A DNA stretch of 64,000 bases from a virus: the IMG/VR virus record IMGVR_UViG_3300027747_004417. One strand, given 5' to 3'. Below, one piece after another: positions 9,300 through 16,678 of this stretch. The notes beneath the pieces were generated by a model. It did no database searches. It was not told the DNA's origin and saw only the letters and a program-made list of their open reading frames with translations. The position numbers and the translations under genes are program-made. Each line of letters begins with the position of its first letter. Position 1 is the first letter of the stretch.

Positions 9300-10109
9300 A
9301 TGAACAAATTTTTGAAAACTTTATTTTTAACATTTTCTTTTTTACTTGTACTTACTTTTTTCTTTAAGCTAGGCCCTAAGGCACAAAAACACTCTTTAGA
9401 TCTTAAATCCTTAGAAAAATGTGAGGATTCCGATAACGCAGTGATATTAGAGGCGGTAAAGGAGCGGCTTTCCTCCATCAAATCCTTAGCAGCAACTGAT
9501 ATAAGAATTAGCATTGGAAGGCTTAAAGTAAAGGGATATCTGTATTATGAAGAAAATAATTTAAGGCTGATAATAAACAGCTTTTTAGGCAAGGAAATGG
9601 ATATAGGTTCAAATGATAAGTTTTTTTGGTTTTGGTCCAGAAGAATGAAACCACAAGCTATTTATTACTGCCCTCATGATCACGTTTACAATACCAATTT
9701 AAGACCGATATTCAATAGAGACTGGATTATGGACTGTTTTGTGCTCAGCAGGTGCCAAGAGTATGATGGTAAATCTTCTTTTTTTAAGAAAGGAAAGCTG
9801 CTATTTAAGAACCAGCTTAAAAAAGTTTCTGAAGATGAATCAGTTTATCTTGTTACCGTCATAGACACTGTAGGTCTTAATATTGTAGAAAAGTACATAT
9901 GTGACTTAGATTATTGCGTGTTGGCCTGTGTCGAATATTCAAATTTTGGTTCCGATCACATCCCAAGATCTATTAAGGTAGATTGGTACGAAGAAAATGT
10001 TTACATGAATTGGGAAATATCTAACTTAAAAATAAACTTCCAAATTGATGAATCTGTTTGGGAGATTCCTAATCACGGTCCAATGGTTGATATGACCAAA
10101 AGAAATTAG
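9300..10109 (+). CDS. hypothetical protein with N-terminal membrane anchor
   Basis: 269 aa; hydrophobic FLTFSFLLVLTFFF near N-terminus. Confidence 0.7.
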   Translation: MNKFLKTLFLTFSFLLVLTFFFKLGPKAQKHSLDLKSLEKCEDSDNAVILEAVKERLSSIKSLAATDIRISIGRLKVKGYLYYEENNLRLIINSFLGKEMDIGSNDKFFWFWSRRMKPQAIYYCPHDHVYNTNLRPIFNRDWIMDCFVLSRCQEYDGKSSFFKKGKLLFKNQLKKVSEDESVYLVTVIDTVGLNIVEKYICDLDYCVLACVEYSNFGSDHIPRSIKVDWYEENVYMNWEISNLKINFQIDESVWEIPNHGPMVDMTKRN

Positions 10110-10297
10110 TGCTTAAAGCCAGAGTTTAAATCTTTAATTATTTTACTACCATTCTTTTCAAAAATGTTTGGTAGAAAGGCGTGAACGACTAGACACACAC
10201 CAGCGACAAAACACTGGAGGCCACATTTTAGTGCAAAGGCCATATGGCTTCCGTAGCTTGTCTTATTTTCTTCAATATGTTTAAACCAAGGTTTCAT
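10106..10297 (-). CDS. small membrane protein, DUF6356-like
   Basis: HIEENKTSYGSHMAFA...CLVVHAFLPNIF pattern. Confidence 0.6.
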   Translation of the reverse strand: MKPWFKHIEENKTSYGSHMAFALKCGLQCFVAGVCLVVHAFLPNIFEKNGSKIIKDLNSGFKH

Positions 10298-10545
10298 CTT
10301 TTGCCAAGCTTTTTTAGAATTTCGTTCCTTCTTATTGCTTGTACTCTTCTTTTTTCTGCGCTCATTCCGCCCTGATTCAAGCCGTTGGCATCCGCCGTGG
10401 TTGCTTGTGCTTTCAACGGACTACTCTGCATGGCTCTTACATTGTTTGCTCTAATAGCATTAGCATTGTTAACAGGCTGTCTAGGTGTGCTAACCCTTAT
10501 AGCTTGACTTCTTCTCTGTGCCGCTTTTCTACATCCGCAACCCAT
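10294..10545 (-). CDS. small basic protein with MGCGC N-terminus
   Basis: 83 aa, AAAGGAGG RBS. Confidence 0.75.
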   Translation of the reverse strand: MGCGCRKAAQRRSQAIRVSTPRQPVNNANAIRANNVRAMQSSPLKAQATTADANGLNQGGMSAEKRRVQAIRRNEILKKLGKR

Positions 10546-10554
10546 TTTCCTCCT

Positions 10555-10698
10555 TTAATTGAATATGCTGGTTTTGGTTTTATAAACTTTATTTAAAGGT
10601 TTTGATGATATTGGTGCTTGTGCAAACTTCTGTTTTGCAGTAACTGTTCTGTTTGATCCACACCCACATCCCTTTTCACTCAAATTATTCACCTTCAT
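10555..10698 (-). CDS. small basic protein with GCGCG motif (47 aa, not in ORF track)
   Basis: Hand-translated MKVNNLSEKGCGCGSNRTV...TSIFN*; stop abuts RBS of next gene. Confidence 0.6.
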   Translation of the reverse strand: MKVNNLSEKGCGCGSNRTVTAKQKFAQAPISSKPLNKVYKTKTSIFN

Positions 10699-10729
10699 AT
10701 TATTTATTTAGAGATTGATACATAATTTT

Positions 10730-11506
10730 ATGTTCCTCCTAATAATGTTAATAACTTTGTTCTTTCTTCAAGGTGCTGCTTTCGCACAGCATAATGGCAT
10801 AGAACTTGTTAACGTGGAAGTCAGAAACAATGAAATAGAGCCAGTGGATAGCTTCTCTGATATACTTAGGTATTGTCCCGATTCATTTGGAGGCGGTCAC
10901 TCTAGAACAACACAGGCACATGAGAACGTCCATGCTATAAATTCTTCTGTTAGAAATCATATTTTTTCTATTGGAAGGAAGAGGGCAAATGCCTTTTATT
11001 GCGGAAAGGGCAAGGCCATAATTATTGAAAACCCTTCTTTTCGGTTAAGGCATGTATCAAACTTTTTGCCTAAAATCTTAAGAGGTAACAGGTATAATTT
11101 GTATCTTGTGGAACAGCTAAAGCACTGGGATGATACTCCTACGTATCTTATAAACGAGTGGTCTGCTTACTTAGCAGGAGCAGAGACAGGAGTCGAAGAC
11201 TTTAAAAACGGATTGCCAAAAGAAAAGTCAGATATAGTATGTGGTTCTTTAGAGTTTAGTATTTATTGTGTCGCCCTTTGTATGGCGACCAAAGAGTACG
11301 ATCAGGACTACTGGGAATCAGACAAAAGGCTTAAACACTCAGTTAATTACTTCTTGATAAGAACAGAAAAGGTTTACTTTTCTGGTTGTAATGATTTTAA
11401 GTCCGATAGTCAAATTGAATTATTGAAGAACCTGCGGTTCCACGAAGATGCCAGCGAGATGCGAGACTTTTTTATCAAAGAGTTTAACGGAATATTCTTA
11501 AACTAA
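10730..11506 (+). CDS. secreted HExxH (gluzincin-like) protein
   Basis: Signal peptide MFLLIMLITLFFLQGAAFA; AHENVH plus downstream NEWSAY. Confidence 0.55.
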   Translation: MFLLIMLITLFFLQGAAFAQHNGIELVNVEVRNNEIEPVDSFSDILRYCPDSFGGGHSRTTQAHENVHAINSSVRNHIFSIGRKRANAFYCGKGKAIIIENPSFRLRHVSNFLPKILRGNRYNLYLVEQLKHWDDTPTYLINEWSAYLAGAETGVEDFKNGLPKEKSDIVCGSLEFSIYCVALCMATKEYDQDYWESDKRLKHSVNYFLIRTEKVYFSGCNDFKSDSQIELLKNLRFHEDASEMRDFFIKEFNGIFLN

Positions 11507-12091
11507 GAAGCTAAAAGGGCACCACATCACATCTGTAACTTTAGCTAAATAGAGGCCATAATTCACCCAGTTGTTACAGTTGGTTATACAGTTGTATCTT
11601 AACCTTGACCTGTAGTAGTCTCCTTTTTGATAATAACTTGGTTTTTTCTTTATAGGTTCCCCATAAAAAGAGTCTTTTATGTAAACGTTTATTATCTGAA
11701 TTTGTTTTTCATTTAACTCAATTTTTTTACTGCCTACCGGCAGCTCGTCTAAGTAGTCTACTCTTAACGCTGTTTCGTTTATTCCGAATAACGCACCTAA
11801 GAAATGTATTATTTTAAGATCTGACCATCTTTTTGTTTCTAGAAATATCTTTTTATCTCCCCACCCAACTTTTACAAATTTCTTATCTGTTTGGAATAGA
11901 TCTTTAATCTGTTCTGATTTGAAAACATAGTCGGAGTGAATTAGATCAGAGACAACATAGATCTCCTGCCCAGTACCAGGATTTTTTTCTCCTGTAATGA
12001 ATATACTCGTTGCAACGTACAGTAGAAAGTACACCGCGAGTAGAGGAGTCAGGTATAGAAACAGTATAATATAAAATATTGTCATTTTCAA
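11498..12091 (-). CDS. DUF2459/TIGR02117-like membrane-anchored protein
   Basis: N-terminal TM, IYVVSDLIHSD, GWGD..F, YNCITNCNNW, W.PF. Confidence 0.65.
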   Translation of the reverse strand: MKMTIFYIILFLYLTPLLAVYFLLYVATSIFITGEKNPGTGQEIYVVSDLIHSDYVFKSEQIKDLFQTDKKFVKVGWGDKKIFLETKRWSDLKIIHFLGALFGINETALRVDYLDELPVGSKKIELNEKQIQIINVYIKDSFYGEPIKKKPSYYQKGDYYRSRLRYNCITNCNNWVNYGLYLAKVTDVMWCPFSFLV

Positions 12092-12132
12092 AATTATTTA
12101 TTGATACTATCTTAAATTAAGAAGGAGAACAA

Positions 12133-12408
12133 ATGAATAACGATATTTTGGAAAAAAACGTAGCTTATCAAAACGACGTAAATGAAATAGCAAAAATGAT
12201 ATTTCATTCTTTTTACTTCGAAGAGGAACAGAGTTTAACCTACCCTCCGGGATCGAATCAGTATGAGAAGGACAACTTAGACGAAATATACCCAAAGGCC
12301 GAGAAAGTCTATAGGTTTTTTTCAAGTGTAACAGAGGCAAAAAAGGCTCTTAAGTTCCTTCATGAGATAAACCCTATTAAGGGTTTAGAAATAATGAATT
12401 CACTGTGA
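12133..12408 (+). CDS. hypothetical protein
   Basis: 91 aa, GAAGGAG RBS. Confidence 0.7.
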   Translation: MNNDILEKNVAYQNDVNEIAKMIFHSFYFEEEQSLTYPPGSNQYEKDNLDEIYPKAEKVYRFFSSVTEAKKALKFLHEINPIKGLEIMNSL

Positions 12409-12615
12409 TTTTTCGTAATTTAGCTCAATATCACTAAACCCCAAGGACTTTGCAAGGTTCCTTGCGGCACCACTTACGGAAGCCTTAGTTGGGAAGTTGG
12501 TCTTTCCATCTATTTTTCTAGCTAATTTCGTTGGCCGAAGACCAGTTATGCTAACTGTTCCTTCGAATCCACCTTCTTTTGAGCTCGTTATTTTTACTGA
12601 TAGTGTGTTTCTCAT
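12400..12615 (-). CDS. hypothetical protein
   Basis: 71-aa ORF filling gap. Confidence 0.6.
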   Translation of the reverse strand: MRNTLSVKITSSKEGGFEGTVSITGLRPTKLARKIDGKTNFPTKASVSGAARNLAKSLGFSDIELNYEKSQ

Positions 12616-12633
12616 GTATATTACTGTAGTAAT

Positions 12634-13266
12634 TTAATCGTAGTTCTTAAAACTAATTTCTTCTTTGAATCCACCTATCCTTGGAGATAGGATTCTTTTG
12701 TTTTTTGGCCTGTATCTTTTTTTGCTAAATAGCTCTATTGCGTCTAAGTATTTTTTCTTTAAAGCATCCTCTTCAGATTTAGATAATATATTGCGTATTT
12801 TTAATGAGTCTATTATTGAAATTGTTGTCTTATAAACTTCTTCTATATTAATTCTTTTTCTTGTTTCTCCAATTCTTGCAAAGTTTATAAACCAACTCAT
12901 ACTTTCTTCATCATAATAAAAAACTGGATTTTTGAGCCCCACCTCTTTATGCTTTATGGCTAGGTCTTTAATTTCACTTACCCACATATTTTTAACGCTC
13001 AAATAGTTTTGTGAGTAATAATAGTTTAAAATACTCTTAAAGCTAAGTATCAGCACATCTCTATTTGATCTTGTATTGAATCCGTTTCGAATGCAAAAAC
13101 CGCAAAACAGTTCCTTAAAATTGGATATTTTATGCAGATTCATAAACGAAGAAGAATCCAATTTAAGTTGTTTTTGGCAAAAATAACATTTAGAGACTAT
13201 TGTATTAGAAAGCATCCCGTTTGGGTCATTTTCTAGTTTTTTTATGTTGATTTTGAAAGTCTTCAT
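12634..13266 (-). CDS. hypothetical protein with CxxC...CxxC Zn finger
   Basis: CYFC and CGFC. Confidence 0.65.
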   Translation of the reverse strand: MKTFKINIKKLENDPNGMLSNTIVSKCYFCQKQLKLDSSSFMNLHKISNFKELFCGFCIRNGFNTRSNRDVLILSFKSILNYYYSQNYLSVKNMWVSEIKDLAIKHKEVGLKNPVFYYDEESMSWFINFARIGETRKRINIEEVYKTTISIIDSLKIRNILSKSEEDALKKKYLDAIELFSKKRYRPKNKRILSPRIGGFKEEISFKNYD

Positions 13267-13327
13267 AATTTTTTAAGGCCGAACACTACATATATTAAAT
13301 TAGGACCAGATTTTTAAGGAACAAAGT

Positions 13328-13534
13328 ATGAAAACATTTTTAGATTGGGCTGGCGAAGAAAAGAAAGAACTGCCAATTTACAAGATAGAAGAAAAGACCC
13401 ATCGTGCTGGAATCGCAAGCTGGGCCTATCCTGACGCATACGCACGTCAGCAATATCCTGATGCCTACTTCCTGCCAATAGCAGCAGACGCAATGCAGAA
13501 GATGGGCGATCACAAACCAAGTCGTAAAGCTTAA
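13328..13534 (+). CDS. small protein with capsid-targeting-like N-terminus
   Basis: MKTFLDWAGEE; AAGGA RBS. Confidence 0.65.
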   Translation: MKTFLDWAGEEKKELPIYKIEEKTHRAGIASWAYPDAYARQQYPDAYFLPIAADAMQKMGDHKPSRKA

Positions 13535-13580
13535 GCATTGTTCCTGATAAGAATAAAAGCAAGGGTTTTTGCCCTTGCTT

Positions 13581-13907
13581 TTATTTTTTCATTTTTTCTA
13601 TTCTATTTTTTTGGTCTTCTTCTGTTATGGATAGTTTTTTCTTTGGCAGCATTTCAGGAACCCTCTCCCAGTATGCCCACTGATCTTCGTTGTTTGGGTT
13701 TTGAAAGACCATTCCTTTTCTCCAATATTTTTGTAGAATTTCTTCTACCCTCTCTTTTGTTAGTTTTGATTCTTTCGCAATTTGGGCGACTGATCTAAAA
13801 GACCATTTCGAGTTTCGAGCCAAGCAAATAAAAACTCCTTGTTCTTCATCGCCTTCTTTGGTACCTTGAGGATATAAGTCTACCCACTTTGGAGGTTTGT
13901 CTTTCAT
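13581..13907 (-). CDS. hypothetical protein, possible winged-helix
   Basis: FRSVAQIAKESKLTKERVEEILQKYWRKGMV. Confidence 0.65.
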   Translation of the reverse strand: MKDKPPKWVDLYPQGTKEGDEEQGVFICLARNSKWSFRSVAQIAKESKLTKERVEEILQKYWRKGMVFQNPNNEDQWAYWERVPEMLPKKKLSITEEDQKNRIEKMKK

Positions 13908-13971
13908 TCTTTCTCCTTTTTTGTTTCTTATACTATATTATTATAGTTCGAGTCCAAATTTTGGGAATATC

Positions 13972-14436
13972 ATGAAAAGAATCAAACTAACAAGACAAGA
14001 AAAAAGAAATCTCCAACATGAAAAGCTTAAGAACAGTCTTAACGGAACAGGAAGGTTTGTTTTCGAAAACAACACAGACGGAGATCTGAATTTGCCCAAG
14101 GCAACAGACAACGGACTAAGAAACATTGGCCCGAGAAAAAGATTCGAAGGCGATAGCTATTATATGAATTGGGTAGGCCCCCCAATGAACCTCTTGAGAT
14201 TAATTGAAGAAGTTGTACCACAAAGACCAGAAAAGGAGATCACAGTGACAGAAGAAAAGAAACTAATACTAGACCAGCCAGATACAGTAAATAACCAAGG
14301 TAAGATAGAACACGTTGTCACCGACGATGTTGTTCCACAGCAAAGCTTGAACGACAGCACAGATTCAAACCAAAAGAAGCCAGATGTTCTTTTAAACGAA
14401 TCTCCTGTTGATGGCGTAGAAATCATACTAGGCTGA
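13972..14436 (+). CDS. hypothetical protein
   Basis: Start moved to ATG 13972 (MKRIKLTRQEK); upstream in-frame part overlaps the divergent promoter region. Confidence 0.65.
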   Translation: MKRIKLTRQEKRNLQHEKLKNSLNGTGRFVFENNTDGDLNLPKATDNGLRNIGPRKRFEGDSYYMNWVGPPMNLLRLIEEVVPQRPEKEITVTEEKKLILDQPDTVNNQGKIEHVVTDDVVPQQSLNDSTDSNQKKPDVLLNESPVDGVEIILG

Positions 14437-14451
14437 ACTTAAAGGTTTAAG

Positions 14452-15180
14452 ATGAAGGGAATTATTCTCGCGGGAGGCACCGGATCAAGGCTTCACCCCT
14501 TGACTAAGGTCACAAACAAATGCCTTCTTCCCCTTTATGATAGGCCAATGATATATTGGCCTATTAACACCTTAGTGTCGAGCAACATAAGAGATATTCT
14601 CTTAGTTTGTGGTGGGAATGCCGCCGGAGAGTTTTTAAGAATATTAGGCAATGGCGAAGACTTTGGGCTTAAGCATCTTCACTATACTTATCAAAGGGAG
14701 CCAAGAGGCATCGCAGACGCACTTGCACTTGCTGAAGAGTGGGCTAACGAAGAGCCAGTGACTGTAATATTAGCCGACAATATCTTTGAAAAAGACATTT
14801 CAAGCGTAGTAAGCGAGTTTAGCGAAAACCCTGAAGGGGCTAGAATTTTTGTATACCCTGTAGACGATCCACAATCTTACGGGGTGGTAGAAATCAAGAA
14901 CAACATAATAGTTAGCATAGAAGAAAAGCCTAAAGCTCCTAAGTCTAATTTCATAGCTACCGGACTGTATATGTATGATAAAGAAGTCTGGAGCCTTCTT
15001 AGAAAACTAAAGCCTTCTCAACGAAATGAGCTGGAAATAACGGATCTAAACAACTTATACCTAAAAGATAAAAAACTTAAAGCACACAAGGTATCAGGTT
15101 GGTGGTCCGATGCTGGTGAAAGCATAGAAGGTTATAATGATTGCTGTTGCAAGATACGAGAGATCAATCTAAAAAACTAG
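14452..15180 (+). CDS. rmlA: sugar-1-phosphate nucleotidyltransferase (glucose-1-phosphate thymidylyltransferase, RmlA-like)
   Basis: MKGIILAGGTGSRLHPLT...NKCLLP, Q.EP.GIADA, ILADN, YGVV, EEKP, GLYMY, RNELEITD. Confidence 0.88.
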   Translation: MKGIILAGGTGSRLHPLTKVTNKCLLPLYDRPMIYWPINTLVSSNIRDILLVCGGNAAGEFLRILGNGEDFGLKHLHYTYQREPRGIADALALAEEWANEEPVTVILADNIFEKDISSVVSEFSENPEGARIFVYPVDDPQSYGVVEIKNNIIVSIEEKPKAPKSNFIATGLYMYDKEVWSLLRKLKPSQRNELEITDLNNLYLKDKKLKAHKVSGWWSDAGESIEGYNDCCCKIREINLKN

Positions 15181-15770
15181 CTTTTTGGCCCACGCTTCAG
15201 CGGAACAGGCTTTAGCTTCTCTGTGTGGTTGTTGGGTTTATCTTTTAATGAATTCATCATGTTATGAAGATCTTTCGATATCTCTGCGGCATTGTCTGAT
15301 GAGCATTTGTCTGATTTTTGAATATTCACAGTTCTTTTGCTTTTGTTGTAAAAGCCTCTGCTTACGACAAAGCATTCATGGTCGGGATTCCAAGATACCA
15401 ATCCAACCCACTCCCCATCATCCCAGTTTCTAGAAGACACTAAAAGCCTTAAAGGTTTTTCTGTAAATACATGTTTGGTATGATAACCATGCTTCTTTAG
15501 GGCTGCACTTACGTAACCCAAGCAGATTTTTGCGAATCCTTCTAATGCTTCTTCTTTTTTAGTTCTATAGTTTACTTCTATCGAATACCTAGATAACTCG
15601 ACTGACTCTACAATAGGCTTGATTAAATAATCAGAATAGCTGACCAAAGAGTCAGATAGTGTGTAATCAAAGTAACTCTTACACACCTCAACAAAGTCTT
15701 CCTTTGTTGTGAGCACTTTTTTTAGATTTTGACTTTTCTTCCAATCATCATATTTTTTCATATTTCTCAC
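15177..15770 (-). CDS. hypothetical protein
   Basis: 197 aa; possible start at MKKYDDWKK (15761). Confidence 0.7.
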   Translation of the reverse strand: MRNMKKYDDWKKSQNLKKVLTTKEDFVEVCKSYFDYTLSDSLVSYSDYLIKPIVESVELSRYSIEVNYRTKKEEALEGFAKICLGYVSAALKKHGYHTKHVFTEKPLRLLVSSRNWDDGEWVGLVSWNPDHECFVVSRGFYNKSKRTVNIQKSDKCSSDNAAEISKDLHNMMNSLKDKPNNHTEKLKPVPLKRGPKS

Positions 15771-16636
15771 ATCATTTTTGGGCCTATAACATCGCCATAT
15801 CTATATATTAGATCTTCTTGCCACTGCTTTTTTTCTTCTATCCCTTCTTGCAGTATTTGCTGTCCATCTAACTGAACGCCACCATTAGGGCCTGGAGGGT
15901 TCTGAATTTTGCTTCTTATTCTTCCTAGTATTATTTTAGCAAATGCAAGAGCACCTTCTTGCATCGCTTGAGTAACCATGCTGAAATCTGGTCTTCTTTG
16001 AAGGTATCTAACAGCAACGGGATAGGTTCTATAGGGCACAGGATATAATTTAATTGTATTGTATCCTGCTAGCCATTCCCATCCGCCTTGTTGACCTGAT
16101 ATTCTATTATACATGTCTTCGTATTGCTTGTAGATCACCCATTCGGACATTTTGCCCCAAACAGGCTGTTGCGGATTTATGCCTCCGGCAATTGATCCAT
16201 AGGCCCCTGCACCCATGTATTCTAGAGGTATGACGCCTCCCAAGTCGCTTGAACTAAATGCATAATTTGCTGTTTCTTTATAAGAAACTTGCCTGATAAA
16301 GCCGACATCAGGAGGCAAGTTATAAACACTCTGCCCTGGTGTTGTATAAAACGTGTAATATTGGAAGTATTCAGCCGGTGCGTAATCCTCGAATATTTGA
16401 AGTGCAAAATCTATAGCATTTTCTAGCTGCTGGTTGTCAAGCTCTAGCGGTAAAACTGGTGCCCCTAGCATGGTTAGAACATATTCTTTTATTTGTTCCC
16501 TAACTCTCTGTCTTTGTCTTCTGGGTCCTATTTTGCTTAATGAATCTGTTGGTCCCAAATTGCTACAATTTTGGCCGCACAGCTGGGAGTATTCGTCTCT
16601 AGTGGGCCTAGGAACATATAGTATATTATTTGCCAT
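15767..16636 (-). CDS. gp13: neck/head-completion protein (T4 gp13-like)
   Basis: IKEYVLTMLGAPVLPLELDNQQLENAIDFALQIFEDY and LAFAKIILGRIRSK...GVQLDG pattern; start moved to ATG 16636. Confidence 0.75.
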   Translation of the reverse strand: MANNILYVPRPTRDEYSQLCGQNCSNLGPTDSLSKIGPRRQRQRVREQIKEYVLTMLGAPVLPLELDNQQLENAIDFALQIFEDYAPAEYFQYYTFYTTPGQSVYNLPPDVGFIRQVSYKETANYAFSSSDLGGVIPLEYMGAGAYGSIAGGINPQQPVWGKMSEWVIYKQYEDMYNRISGQQGGWEWLAGYNTIKLYPVPYRTYPVAVRYLQRRPDFSMVTQAMQEGALAFAKIILGRIRSKIQNPPGPNGGVQLDGQQILQEGIEEKKQWQEDLIYRYGDVIGPKMM

Positions 16637-16678
16637 GATACTATATATAGGTAATTGAAAACGAATTAGGGGGAACTT

